DNA of 64,000 bases from Eledone cirrhosa (taxonomy: Eukaryota), in contig OZ024754.1 of NCBI GenBank assembly GCA_964016885.1, positions 40,610,001 to 40,674,000 of the forward strand, read 5' to 3'. Below are positions 41,022 to 55,699 of the stretch, one piece after another; the first letter of the stretch is position 1; every line of letters starts with the position of its first letter. The notes under the pieces were generated by a model. It saw only the letters and a program-made list of their open reading frames with translations. It ran no database searches and was not told the DNA's origin. The translations under genes were made by a program, and so were the position numbers.

Positions 41022-41670
41022 TATACAACAATTTACTGTTGTGTTTCATTTAAAATATTTCCATCAAATTAATCTCATTACTTTAAATTACTTTCCTATT
41101 CCCGTCCTATATTGTAAACAACATCAAATGCTATGTGTTATGGTGAAACGAAAGCTATTCCCAATTGTAATTAATTTCCAGACTTATTTAGAGAAATCAA
41201 AATTAATAAAATCTCATTTCAGACTATGTAGCTAATAGCTTATATTTAATTAATTAAATTGATTCTAGTACACCAGCTGATGGAATCATTTTCTGAGTGA
41301 AAAGTAAAACAACTCTTTCTTTTCTAAGGTAGATGTACTTTGATTGATTTCTCATATACCACACACACACACACACATATACATACATACATACATGTAT
41401 TCCACACACACATACATACATACATGCACGCAAATTGATATTAATGGAAGAATGTAAAATAGGTGGAAAGGTGGTGTGACTTGGTAAGGGGAGGCCCTAA
41501 CAATGTGATGTCTGAGAACTATATATATATCATCATCATCGTTTAATGTCCATCTTCCACGCTAGCATGGGTTGGACGGTTTTGTCCCACTTGAGGAGAG
41601 ATTGGTCAGGAGACCATGTTTCGCTTGTACAGAACTGTTTCTGGCAGGTTTTCTATGGTTGGATGCCCTT

Positions 41671-41705
<35 letters not shown>

Positions 41706-41910
41706 GTCGATTGACTTTCGCCAAATTGGACTGAGGAAACAATGTTAATACTATCTATCAGTCGCAACTCCAGGTAGAAGGAGTAATGTGAAATAAAGTG
41801 TCTTGCTCAAGGACATAACGCATCGTCCAGTCCAGGAATTGAACTCACAACCTCACGATTACAAATCCAATTCTCTTACCACACAGCCACACACACACAC
41901 ACTTAATTAC

Positions 41911-42111
41911 CTTGTAAGTACCCATATCTGTAGGAGTAATATGTGCTGGATCGACAATGGGTCGCCGTCGCTCCCCTGGGCCAATAATCCCTTGCCATTG
42001 TGACGGTAAACCAATATAACGTCCTTGTTCTTGGTCAAATCCAGTATGTACACGATGTTCAAAGTTCTGGGGGCTGGAGATCTCCGGTTTTTTCTGTTTT
42101 TTTCGAAACAT
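41911..42111 (-). CDS. PAK4: Group II PAK kinase, coding exon 1 (basic N-terminus, CRIB/GBD, pseudosubstrate)
   Basis: MFRKKQKKPEISSPQNFEHRVHTGFD...LPSQWQGII...RRRPIVDPAHITP matches the group II PAK CRIB and RPKPLVDP-type motif. Donor AAG|GTAATT at 41910; acceptors tttcag| (exon start 42121) or ccag|ATG. 201 nt, phase 0. Confidence 0.95.
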
Positions 42112-44479
42112 CTGGACTTTTCTGAAAGAAAATTATTTACAAATATATAATATGCTTTCCCATCAAACAACATTATTTACAAATATATAATATGCTTTCC
42201 CATCAAACAACATTATTTACAAATATATAATATGCTTTCCCATCAAACAACATTATTTACAAATATATAATATGCTTTCCCATCAAACAACATTATTTAC
42301 ATGGATTGGCAGTATCGGTAGAGGGTCGGACGCCATGCTTTCCAGCATAGTTACGTCCCTTTACGATATGAGTTCAAATCCCGCCGAGGTTGACTTTGCC
42401 TTTCATCCTTACGGGGTCGATAAAATAAAGTACCAGTAATGCACTGGTGAATTGCTGGCCTTGTGCCAAAAGTAGAAACAATTATTTACAAATATATAAT
42501 ATGCTTTCCCATCATTAAATAAAATAAAGTAGCAGTAATGTACTGGGTAATTTGCTGGCCTTGTGCCAAAAGTAGAAACAATTATTTACAAATATATAAC
42601 ATGTTTCCCCATCAAACAACATTGTGGATTGGCAGTATCGGTAGAGGGTCAGACGCCATGCTTTACAACATAGAGTTACGGCCCTTTATGGTCTGAGTTC
42701 AAATCCCGGCGAGGTTAACTTTGCCTTTCATCCTTACGAGGTCGATAAAATAAAGTACCAGTAATGCACTGGGATAATTGCCAGCCTTGTGCCAAGAGTA
42801 GAAATAATTATTTACAAATATATAAACAAGTTTCCCATCATCAAACAATAACATTTTTTAAACTCAAATGACAAAATTATAAATACAGGTAAAAAAAAAA
42901 AAGTTTTATATAATAATTAAAATAATGAGATGTGTTATAGAATGTTGTACATAAAAGTTCTTCATGGGGTGTTAAATAATATTTTATCTTCAACCCTCCA
43001 TTATTTGAATAAATCGTAATTGACTGAGATAAGATGGTTCAGATACAATCCTTTGCGCATACATCCCATAATTTGGTCTGGTTTCTACAGCTGAATACCA
43101 TTGCCAATGCCAACCACTTTACAGAGTGTACAGGGTGTATTGATGATGATGATGATGAAGAATTTAGAAGAAGATTATCATTTTAAGTTATTGAGCATAT
43201 AACTGTCATACAAGAGAAAGGTCTGATGAAACTTTCAGAAAGAAAGGTACACACAAATTAAACAATACATAAAACATATTTAGTCTTCATTTTCCTCTAA
43301 TCAGCACCGGTTTAAAGAGAATTTCATAATGTATTTATAATATATAAAGACATGAGCATGAGGTTTTAGTGACATTGCAGTTGAAGATAAGTAATCACAA
43401 GTTTGCAATTTTGACCTATCTCCTACTTGTAGATTTGTCTTAAACTAAACATTCCTAAACAGCAAAACTAAATATGTTTTCATAAACGAAATTTAATGCT
43501 AAAGGGGTTATTTTAAACAAACATCCGTTAAAATAAAAAAAAGACTTTAAATGGCAAAGGAATTTCAACAATGTGATAGTCAATCCTGTTTTGACAGGTT
43601 TTAAACTTGAGAAATTCTATTTTAACTGTTTCCATAGCAAAACTTTAAAGACTTGCTGAGTCCAACTCAACCACCACCCACCCCACCCCACCATACACAC
43701 TTTTTTTTTGTGGTCAACCATCAGATTGGACTAAGGAAACTATATTTCCATTGCTGACGATATCTGCGACATCCATGAACTTGGCTGGTCACGCTTGGAG
43801 ATCCAGCCAGATCAGTTAGAGATGGTTGCTGTCTGACAGGACCCACTGGAGGGAGTGTTTGAGGACTCTGCCCCCTACAACCCTCTCAGGAATAAGTGGG
43901 CGAAGAAGAAGAAAAGATCTGCCAGTTGCAACTCCTGGCAGGATTTAAACTCAAAACATAACCATCCAACAATTCTATTAATCCACTATCACAGACATCA
44001 AAGGTACCCACATCAAAGGTACCCACATCACACCCATCAAATGCACCCACAACATCACAGGCACCCACATCACACCCATCAAATGTACCCACAACATGAC
44101 AGACATTAAAGGTACCCACAACATGACAGACATCAAAAGGTACCCATCAAATATACCCACAACATCACAGACATTAAAGGTACCCATGAAAGGTACCCAC
44201 AACCAGACATCAAAGTGTCTCAACATTTATCTCAGAGCAACTTACACGTCTTATCATCTTGTCAAAAATGTTGGTATTTTACATTCATTATCTTCTTTCC
44301 TCTTTGCTTCCTAGACTGTTTTTATATTTAATATTACAGTTATGTAGTTCACTGCTAGTTGAATGTACATCTCAACCCCCACCCCACCATTCCATAGAAA
44401 ACTTGGTCCATGATATGCAATAAATTGACTTACAGTCTTTTACTCAACAGCAGCAGCTTTAGGCTTCTACACATCCTAT

Positions 44480-46820
44480 TACACTTCCTGTGTTCTACCA
44501 TAAAGCCACTAGCTTCCATACATCCACCTCAAATATCTACACTTCCTTCCTGTGTTCTACCATAAAGCCACAGCTTCCATACATCCACCTCAAATATCTA
44601 CACTTCCTTCCTGTGTCCTACCATAAAGCCACAGCTTCCATACATCCACCTCAAATATCTACACTTCCTTCCTGTGTTCTACCATAAAGCCACTAGCTTC
44701 CATACATCCACCTCAAATATCTACACTTCCTTCCTATTTTCTACCATAAAGCCACTAGCTTCCATACATCCACCTCAAATATCTACACTTCCTTCCTTCC
44801 TGTGTTCTACCATAAAGCCACTAGCTTCCATACATCCACCTCAAATATCTACACTTCCTTCCTTCCTATGTTCTACCATAAAGCCACAGCTTCCATACAT
44901 CCACCTCAAATATCTACACTTCCTTCCTGTGTTCTACCATAAAGCCACTAGCTTCCATACATCCACCTCAAATATCTACACTTCCTTCCTGTGTTCTACC
45001 ATAAAGCCACTAGCTTCCATACATCCACCTCAAATATCTACACTTCCTTCCTTCCTGTGTTCTACCATAAAGCCACTAGCTTCCATACATCCACCTCAAA
45101 TATTTACACTTCCTTCCTTCCTGTGTTCTACCATAAAGCCACTAGCTTCCATACATCCACCTCAAATATCTACACTTCCTTCCTTCCTGTGTTCTACCAT
45201 AAAGCCACTAGCTTCCATACATCCACCTCAAATATCTACACTTCCTTCCTGTGTTCTACCATAAAGCCACAGCTTCCATACATCCACCTCAAATATCTAC
45301 ACTTCCTTCCTGTGTTCTACCATAAAGCCACTAGCTTCCATACATCCACCTCAAATATCTACACTTCCTTCCTTCCTGTGTTCTACCATAAAGCCACTAG
45401 CTTCCATACATCCACCTCAAATATCTACACTTCCTTCCTTCCTGTGTTCTACCATAAAGCCACTAGCTTCCATACATCCACCTCAAATATTTACACTTCC
45501 TTCCTTCCTGTGTTCTACCATAAAGCCACTAACTTCCATACATCCACCTCAAATATCTACACTTCCTTCCTTCCTGTGTTCTACCATAAAGCCACAGCTT
45601 CCATACATCCACCTCAAATATCTACACTTCCTTCCTGTGTTCTACCATAAAGCCACTAGCTTCCATACATCCACCTCAAATATCTACACTTCCTTCCTTC
45701 CTGTGTTCTACCATAAAGCCACTAGCTTCCATACATCCACCTCAAATATCTACACTTCCTTCCTTCCTGTGTTCTACCATAAAGCCACTAGCTTCCATAC
45801 ATCCACCTCAAATATTTACACTTCCTTCCTTCCTATGTTCTACCATAAAGCCACTAGCTTCCATACATCCACCTCAAATATCTACACTTCCTTCCTGTGT
45901 TCTACCATAAATCCACAGCTTCTACACATCCACCTCAAATATCTACACTTCCTTCCTTCCTGTATTCTACCATAAAGCCACTAGCTTCCATACATCCACC
46001 TCAAATATCTACACTTCCTTCCTTCCTATGTTCTACCATAAAGCCACTAGCTTCCATACATCCACCTCAAATATCTACACTTCCTTCCTTCCTATGTTCT
46101 ACCATAAAGCCACTAGCTTCCATACATCCACCTCAAATATCTACACTTCCTTCCTATGTTCTACCATAAAGCCACTAGCTTCCATACATCCACCTCAAAT
46201 ATCTACACTTCCTTCCTTCCTATGTTCTACCATAAAGCTGCTAGCTTCCATACATCCACCTCAAATATCTACACTTCCTTCCTTCCTATGTTCTACCATA
46301 AAGCTGCTAGCTTCCATACATCCACCTCAAATATCTACACTTCCTTCCTTCCTATGTTCTACCATAAAGCCACTAGCTTCCATACATCCACCTCAAATAT
46401 CTACACTTCCTTCCTTCCTATGTTCTACCATAAAGCTGCTAGCTTCCATACATCCACCTCAAATATCTACACTTCCTTCCTTCCTATGTTCTACCATAAA
46501 GCCACTAGCTTCCATACATCCACCTCAAATATCTACACTTCCTTCCTATGTTCTACCATAAAGCCACTAGCTTCCATACATCCACCTCAAATATCTACAC
46601 TTCCTTCCTTCCTATGTTCTACCATAAAGCCACTAGCTTCCATACATCCACCTCAAATATCTACACTTCCTTCCTATGTTCTACCATAAAGCTGCTAGCT
46701 TCTACACATTCCCCTCAAATATCTACACTTCCTTCCTATGTTCTACCATAAAGCTGCTAGCTTCTACACATTCCCTCAAATATCTACACTTCCTTGCTTC
46801 TGTCATAAAGCCACTAGCTA
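44480..46820. repeat. 61-66-bp minisatellite, about 36 copies
   Basis: TGTTCTACCATAAAGCCACTAGCTTCCATACATCCACCTCAAATATCTACAC(TTCC)2-3; length variation comes mostly from the TTCC count. Confidence 0.97.
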
Positions 46821-48029
46821 TCTCGATAAAGTGTACATTTTTCAACTATGTTACATATTATCTATCTGGTTTCCTGTTCTTATTTCAAATGTTAATATGA
46901 AGGAAAACTTCATTGTAACAGGAGTTTAATAATAACTACACAGAAAAGAAATATTTATGAAGTTAAGAATCTTGGAGATCTTTCAAATTATTTACTGCCT
47001 GAAAAGTTTGAGTCACCAAACCAAATTTGTTGCCAGGAACTCTTGCAGTGTTTGCTGCAACAGTCTACAAATTGTTCTCACATAAGAAAATATCTAAAGT
47101 CTTAAGTTTTCCTTCCTTTAAAGTAGTCAATATAAATAGCCCAAGATAATAATTAAAAATAGAAACAGCTTTTTCAATATATTAAGTATGTTTAAATGTA
47201 TTTCATAAAGTAATTTTCTATATTTACTTATACTAAGGTAGAAAACAAAAACTGTATTGTATTATCTTTACGATACAGATCTACAATATTATGCGAGTAT
47301 CATCACCATTTTATGTCAATGTCTCCACGCTATCATGGGTCAGACGGGTTGTCCTGTTGTGGGACTATGTCTTGCACATACAGGACTGATTTTGGCTCGG
47401 TTTCTACAACTGGATGTCTTTCCTAACACCAACCTCATTTACAGTGAGTACTGCATCCAGTTTAGAATAGATACACCATATCCCTGTGTGTTGTATGAAG
47501 CAGCTAAAAGGGTTGGCACCAGGAAGGGCACCCAGTTGTAAAGCACTGCATCATAAGGAACTTCATAGTCAATATGAAATCTGTAATGCGACCCAGATAG
47601 CTAGCTAGCCTCTGCTTTAGTAGAGAAGACAGCCATAAAATGTTTGTTTTGAGGCCATCTTTAAAAGAATATAAAGAAAGTTGAAAACCTGCAGATAATT
47701 ATAAAATATGTTTCAGTTATGTAAATAATTATGTAATGGAAACAGATTTAAATAATTGTTGAAGATATATTGTAGATATGTAGATATGTTGCTGACAAAT
47801 CTTGTCTTGAAAATAGCTACCGGTATAGCCACTGGTATTCATTTTCAGCTAAGTATACTGGAGTGACATGAAATGAAGTGTTTTGCTCAAGAACACAATA
47901 CACAACACAGTCCAGGAATCAAACCCATGACATTATGGACGTAAGTTCAACCCCAGTTTGAAATTATAGAATTACCATGATACCATATTCTATGATGGCA
48001 CCAGGGTCAGTTTCAGACAGGTTGGTATC

Positions 48030-48240
48030 AAAAGGGTTCATTTTTATAGAATTACCATTATACCATTTTGGTAGAATGATGAAGATATTTATTATAGAAT
48101 TACCATTATACCATTTTGGTAGAATGATGAAGATATTTATTATAGAATTACCATTATACCATTTTGGTAGAATGATGAAGATATTTATTATAGAATTACC
48201 ATTATACCATTTTGGTAGAATGATGAAGATATTTATTATT
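48030..48240. repeat. 48-bp minisatellite, about 4 copies
   Basis: TATAGAATTACCATTATACCATTTTGGTAGAATGATGAAGATATTTAT. Confidence 0.9.
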
Positions 48241-49463
48241 GCAAGAAACTTTGTCTAACCCTTTAATGTTCAAACCGACCAAAACCGGCCAGAATTCTCT
48301 ACCCTTTTCTGTTGAAACTGGCTGTAACTGGTCACTCAAACTGATGTTAAGGTTTTGTTCTCAAAATAAATACTTTCAAAATCTCATAGATTCGATATTA
48401 TGTGAGATATTTATGTGAGGTAATGCCTTTACCATGAAAATATAATAGTATATATATAGAGTAATGTGAATGCTAAAGGGCTAACCTAGAAAAAATAGTA
48501 TTTACTAGTAAACAAAATGGTAAACAACTAGTTCTACTTCCCCAGCAGTATGAGGCACATACTAATGTTTTGATGCCATCATATGTAATGTATCTATGAA
48601 AAGAAAACATTTTATTACGAAAAGAAAATAAGTACTTCTAACCATACTGCCACTTATACTCACCAATAAAAAGATAAATTTCAAGTAGATGGTAGCTTTT
48701 ATATCAAAATAGGATGTCTATAAATACTTTGTAATTTAATCAAAACTATTACTGTGCCAAAACAACAAATATATATATGTAAGAATTACATTTTTTAGTA
48801 ACAGGATATCAATTTTACATCATATATTATTATTATAGTCGGACACCATGCTTTGAAGCATAGAGTTACGTCCCTTTATGATCTGAGTTCAAATCCCGCC
48901 GAGGTTAACTTTGCCTTTCATCCTTACGGGGTCGATAAAATAAAGTAACAGTAATGCACTGGGTAATTGCTGGCCTTGTGCCTAAAATAGAAACAATTAT
49001 TATTATTATATGGATTGGCAGTATCGGTAGAGAGTCGGGTGCCATGCTTCGCAGCATAGAGTTACGTCCCTTTACGGTCTGAGTTCAAATCCCGCCGAGG
49101 TTAACTTCGCCTTTCATCCTTACGGGGGTCGATTAAAATAAAGTACCAGTAATACACTGGGATAATTTCTGGCCTTGTGCCAAAAGTAGACACAATTATT
49201 ATTATTATTACCATCATCATAGGGTGGTGCATAGGTAGAATCGGTAGAGCATCGGACATACATAAATGACTATGTATGTGTGTGTATGTGTGTGTGTGAG
49301 TTTGGATCTAGCTGTCGAAACAGCCAGAGCTCAGCCGTAGGGGTCCTGACTCTTTTCCTATTACCCACTCTACTACCCTAAGTATTGAATACTCTGGTGG
49401 TGGTCCACCTGGTATCTTACCACATCCTCTTTATACATGTATGTGTGTGTGTATATATATATA

Positions 49464-49806
49464 TGGAGGCACATGGCTTAGTGGTTAGAGCATTGGGCTT
49501 GCAATCGAAAGGTTGTGAGTTCAATTCTCAGACCGGGTGATGTGTTGTTTCCTTGAGCAAGACACTTTATTTCACATTGCTCCAGTTCACTCAGCTGTAG
49601 AAATGAGATGATAGGGACTGGGGTCCCTATCATTCCACTGCAAAGTGGTCGTGGAGGTGCCACGGCAAAAAAAGCACCCAGCACTCACTGTAAATGAGGT
49701 TGGTGTTAGGAAGGGCATCCAGCTGTAGAAATCAAGCCAGAATCAGTTCCCGTCCCACCCTTGCAAGCAGGGAAAAAGCAGACGTAAAATGATGATGATG
49801 ATGATG
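49464..49806 (+). mobile_element. tRNA-derived SINE family B with RTE-derived tail (near-identical copies at 52945-53283 and 59682-60025)
   Basis: A box TGGCTTAGTGG, B box GAGTTCAATTC, internal hairpin GATAGGGAC-TGGG-GTCCCTATC, and tail CCACCCTTGCAAGCAGGGAA..GACGTAAAA(TGA)n. Confidence 0.85.
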
Positions 49807-51520
49807 ATACACATATGCGTGTATATTTATATATCTTTTTAAAAAATGAATTGTAATATTTCTAACATTTAATTATTTAATTAGATATAAAAAATAAATA
49901 AACAAACTTCCATAAGAGTAAACAGCAATTAATGAAAATAAATATTTTAATTGTTTTTCAATAAAGAAATTCCATTGTGATGACAAGCTTCTAACTGTAA
50001 ATTGTTCACATTGTTCTGATAACTATTTTCTCTCCATATTTCTCATGGAAGACACTGTCTATGATTTTCAAATCATTTTTTAAATAATCAAGAATTTGGA
50101 GGGATTTAATAACAAATGTAATTCTTCGTTAAGCTGGCGTTTGGAGAATATCAAAGGTTCTCATAAAAATAGGATGGAACATTTTTAGATAATTATAGAG
50201 ATTTTTAGTTTTGTATCATAGAAACAGAGTTATTGATATTAAAAGGGGTTTATATCTTAGGAACACAGTAATTGATATTAAAAGGGTTTGTATCTTAGGA
50301 ACACAGTAATTGATATTAAAAGGGGTTTGTATCATAGGAACAGAGACATTGATTGATATTAAAAGGGGTTTGTATCTTAGAAACAGTAATTGATATTAAA
50401 AGAGGTTTTTTAATGTCATCCCAGAATAGGGGATTAGCAACAATGCCTAAGCAACGGTTTATAAATAACCCAAGAATTTTTATTAGAAAAATCTAAATTT
50501 TCAATTACATAAAAATAAAGAATTTAATATTTATTCAAACTTATAGAATAAGGATTGCAAAAGACTATAAATGAGAGGAAAGGGAGGTGAAAAAACAAAG
50601 ATTATTAAGTAACAGGGGAAGGTGAGAGGGTGACAGACTCAATACCTATGTCAGAGTGTTTAAGCTGTGCCCTGCAGACAGTGGCCAGGGTGGGGTACCT
50701 GGTTTAGTCACCGACCACTCAACCATGAAGCAGGTTGTAGTAGGTTACATGGTACCAGTAGCAGACAGAAGCCTGACCTGACCTGGCCAGGGTCTGGAGG
50801 GGGACCTGGTTTAGTCACCGACCACTCGACCATGAAGCAGGTTGTAGTAGGTTACATGGTAGCAGACAGAAGCCTGACCTGACCAATAAATTATATACCA
50901 GTTGTTAGTGTAAGGTATCACAAATATAAATAATGATTTCTACTTTAGGCACAAAGCCAGCAATTTTGGGGGACGGGGAAAGTTGATTAAATCAACCCCA
51001 GGGCATTACTGGTACTTTATTTTATTGACCCCGTAATGATGATCAAAAATATAAATAATGGTAGTGGTTTCTAGCTTGCACATCCCATTATAATTAAAAG
51101 TCTGTTTTCCCTCTTAGCAAGGATTATGAGATATTAAAAAAAGGTGATTAGCAAGCTTTGATATCTTTCGAGGAGGGGTTTGTTTGCTTACAAAAAGAGT
51201 TACATTTGAATACTGTATACACTCTATACTTGTAGATAAGTTACAGGACTTTTGGTTGTTTGTTTCTTGTTAGTTTTTTTGTTTTTTTTTAACTAAAAAG
51301 TAAAAATACATAAATGAAAACGTCAAACATGAAAAAAACACATGCAACTTATCTACTGAACATTTATCTGGGTCTCAACAGTACATGCACACAGGCAAAT
51401 GACTGACTATGTAGGGCAGACTGGTCATGTCAATATACACTATGTGGATATCAGCATTATAAACAAATTTATGTTTATGATGGTTTGTATAAGAAAATTA
51501 CTTCCATGTGTGTAAAACAT

Positions 51521-53520
51521 GTGTAGCTGTCTATAATCCTAATACCCATTAAATGTTCCATATATTGTGTCGCTGTCTATAATCCTAATACCCATTAAAT
51601 GTTCCATATATTGTGTCGCTGTCTATAATCCTAATACCCATTAAATGTTCCATATATTGTGTAGCTGTCTATAATCCTAATACCCATTAAATGTTACATA
51701 TATTGTGTAGCTGTCTATAATCCTAATACCCATTAAATGTTCCATATATTGTGTAGCTGTCTATAATCCTAATACCCATTAAATGTTCCATATATTGTGT
51801 AGCTGTCTATAATCCTAATACCCATTAAATGTTCCATATATTGTGTAGCTGTCTATAATCCTAATACCCATTAAATGTTCCATATATTGTGTAGCTGTCT
51901 ATAATCCTAATACCCATTAAATGTTAAATATATTGTGTAGCTGTCTATAATCCTAATACCCATTAAAAGTTACATATATTGTGTCGCTGTCTATAATCCT
52001 AATACCCATTAAATGTTAAATATATTGTGTAGCTGTCTATAATCCTAATACCCATTAAATGTTCCATATATTGTGTAGCTGTCTATAATCCTAATACCCA
52101 TTAAATGTTAAATATATTGTGTAGCTGTCTATAATCCTAATACCCATTAAAAGTTACATATATTGTGTCGCTGTCTATAATCCTAATACCCATTAAAAGT
52201 TACATATATTGTGTAGCTGTCTATAATCCTAATACCCATTAAATGTTCCATATATTGTGTAGCTGTCTATAATCCTAATACCCATTAAATGTTCCATATA
52301 TTGTGTAGCTGTCTATAATCCTAATACCCATTAAATGTTCCATATATTGTGTAGCTGTCTATAATCCTAATACCCATTAAATGTTCCATATATTGTGTAG
52401 CTGTCTATAATCCTAATACCCATTAAATGTTCCATATATTGTGTAGCTGTCTATAATCCTAATACCCATTAAATGTTCCATATATTGTGTAGCTGTCTAT
52501 AATCCTAATACCCATTAAATGTTACATATATTGTGTAGCTGTCTATAATCCTAATACCCATTAAATGTTACATATATTGTGTAGCTGTCTATAATCCTAA
52601 TACCCATTAAATGTTCCATATATTGTGTAGCTGTCTATAATCCTAATACCCATTAAATGTTCCATATATTGTGTAGCTGTCTATAATCCTAATACCCATT
52701 AAATGTTCCATATATTGTGTAGCTGTCTATAATCCTAATACCCATTAAATGTTCCATATATTGTGTAGCTGTCTATAATCCTAATACCCATTAAATGTTC
52801 CATATATTGTGTAGCTGTCTATAATCCTAATATCCATTAAATGTTCCATATATTGTGTAGCTGTCTATAATCCTAATACCCATTAAATGTTCCATATATT
52901 GTGTAGCTGTCTATAATCCTAATACCCATTAAATGTTACATATATGGAGGCACATGGCTTAGTGGTTAGAGCATTGGGCTTGCAATCGAAAGGTTGTGAG
53001 TTCAATTCTCAGACCGGGTGATGTGTTGTTTCCTTGAGCAAGACACTTTATTTCACATTGCTCCAGTTTACTCAGCTGTAGAAATGAGATGATAGGGACT
53101 GGGGTCCCTATCATTCCACTGTAAAGTGGTCGTGGAGGTGCCACGGCAAAAAAACATCCAGCACTCACTGTAAATGAGGTTGGTGTTAGGAAGGGCATCC
53201 AGTGTAGAAATCAAGCCAGAATCAGTTCCCATCCCACCCTTGCAAGCAGGGAAAAAGCGGACGTAAAATAAAATGATGATGATATATTGTGTAGTTGTCT
53301 GTAATTCTAATACCCATTAAATGTTAAATATAATTTGTGTAGAGGTCTGTAATCTTAATACCCATTAAATGTTACATATATTATGTGTAGAGGTCTGTAA
53401 TCTTAATACCCATTAAGTGTTATATTGTGTAGTTGTTTGTAATTCTAATACCCATTAAATGTTACATATATATTGTGTAATTGTCTAATCCTAATACCCA
53501 TTAAATGTTACATATATTGC
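51521..53520. repeat. 46-bp minisatellite interrupted by a SINE
   Basis: GTGTAGCTGTCTATAATCCTAATACCCATTAAATGTTCCATATATT, about 31 copies, then SINE B (52945-53283), then about 5 diverged copies. Confidence 0.97.
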
Positions 53521-55049
53521 TGGCAGCTACAGAAGAATGGTTTAAAAGTTCTGGTTAATCTGTTTCAGGCATAAAAACAGGCAGCTTTGATATCTCTGGT
53601 TCTTGGATGTTGCTAGATTGTATTGGTAATATTTTAGCTGAATGCTGAATGTTTTTTTATTTAAACAACTGTAAGAAAAGTTTCAAATAGTATTTACATA
53701 AAGTCAAGCCACATGCAACATGTCGAATCAAAAGCTGAAGTGAAGATATATAAATAAATACTAAAGATATGTGAATTATCCACCACTGAAACTTATACAA
53801 TACATTTAAGTCTGTCTTAACCCTTTAATGTTCAAACCGGCCAAAACCGACCAGAATTCTCTACCTCTTTCTGTTGAAACTGGCTGTAACTGGTTGCTGA
53901 CACTGATGTTATGGTATTGTTCTTAAAATAAATACTTTCAAAATCTCATAGATTCGATATTATGTGAGATAATTATGCGAGGTAAAGCATTTACCATGAA
54001 AATATAATAGTATATGTAGAGTAATGTGAATATTAAAGGGTTAAGCCAGCAGACCCATCAGGTCAGTGCTTATCCTGGTTTCATGGCGTGAAGCAACTGA
54101 GAGTACAAGACTGCCCCTCCCGACTGGACAGGATGCCAGTCCATCTCAGGGTTAAACCTCCAGCTATTACTGGTACTCATTTTCAACTGAATATACTGGA
54201 GCAACGTGAAATAAAGTGTTTGGCTCAAGAACACAACACACCACCCAGACCAAGAATCGAATCCATGACATGATGATCCTAAATCCAACACCCTTACCAC
54301 TGGGCCACACACCTCCACAAATACATACATACACATATATATACATACATATACACACAAATACATACATACATATATAGTCATTGGAGGGAAATATAGA
54401 CAGGAAAGAACTGTAAGGAAAGACACCTTGGGATGGTTTTAAACTAATAAACAACAGTAAAGTGGTAGACAAACAAAGTAACAGACTCATGGTGGGTGAA
54501 ATGATGGTGGTGGGGGTAGTGTGGTAGTTGGGGTGGGGTAGTGGGGGGGGAGGGGTAGTGGTGGAGGTGGTAGTAGTGATGGTGGCAGTAATGATGATGG
54601 AGAAGTTTTACCTATCTGAGGATTGTTGGATATGATCCAGAGTGTTATATCCATGTTTGTGTATCTGTGTGAGGTAATCTACGTCATATTTCTATCATAT
54701 ATAACATGTCATAGTTTAGCTTTGTAAGCAGATATTCTTCCATTGATGTTTACTTGAAAACACAAACCCTAAACCTTCTCGAACTGATAACAAAACACGT
54801 TCTAGCTTTTATTTTCTTCCTTTATCTAAATACAGAATGTAGAAAGGAAATCACGTCTGATGTTAAACTATTCATGAAATATAAGCTAATATCAGTCTAA
54901 TATGTTTTGCAGTAAATAAATGAAATATTGTTCATATAATTCTCCAGATTATTAAAAAAAATAATAAAAAAACGAGCCAGTAAGGAAGCCTCTTTGTGTT
55001 TCCTTGATCTGTTATAAATAGCAGTCAAATCTCCCTCAAATCGAACCCT

Positions 55050-55274
55050 AGAATATTCAAATCATAAGAAAGAGGGCTTGTTTGTTTACCTTAATTTATT
55101 CATAAGTCCTGATATTTTGAGATTAATATCTCTTCTTCCGAGGAAAATAAAGGAACTACTCCAGTGTCAGATGTGGCTTGCTATACCATGCTGGCCAGGA
55201 GTGATTTATCAAAACCACATATGAATAAATTAAGGTTAACAAACAAGCCCTGTTTCTTATGATTTAATTATTCT
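55050..55274. repeat. Inverted repeat, about 55-bp arms and 115-nt spacer
   Basis: AATCATAAGAAAGAGGGCTTGTTTGTTTACCTTAATTTATTCATA pairs with TATGAATAAATTAAGGTTAACAAACAAGCCCTGTTTCTTATGATT. Confidence 0.85.
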
Positions 55275-55699
55275 CCATCTAAACCTGCATTATTGTGGCT
55301 TTCGAACTTCGAATTCTTTATTAATGAAAGGTTTGGGGATGAATATAAACACTTTAAAACAAATTTGTATTGTAGGAGGAACGATTTCATGTAGTTTAGT
55401 ATTAAAAGGGTTAACCATACTTGGAAGAAGTGGTTTTTAACCCTTTTGCTATGAAATTGTCCCTAGTTCTATGATACAAAACTAATATATTTATAATCAT
55501 CATCATATAATGTACACTTTTCCAAAGTTATTTAACCAGCTTCCATCATAGTTTTATTAAAGAATCTTTGTTATGTTATGCTCCACACATCAGCTAAATA
55601 ATGATTTCTGATTTAGGCACAAGGCCAACAATTTTTGGGGAGAGAAAAATTGATTAAATTGACCCTGGTATTTGTTTATCTCCCTTTTCTCTGCATTGT

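Noticed and set aside
43222-43250. CTGATGA followed by a CTTTC/GAAAG hairpin
   Set aside because: No GAAA after the stem and no stem I or III, so not a hammerhead.
44490-46929. Overlapping repetitive ORFs
   Set aside because: Products of a 61-66-bp minisatellite that shifts frame between units.
49464-49540. tRNA-like sequences with A and B boxes
   Set aside because: These are SINE heads continuing into SINE bodies, not full cloverleaf tRNA genes.
54612-54720. Candidate upstream PAK exon (AG|GTAAAA donor on the minus strand)
   Set aside because: No in-frame ATG links it to the CDS, and nothing else supports it without transcript data.
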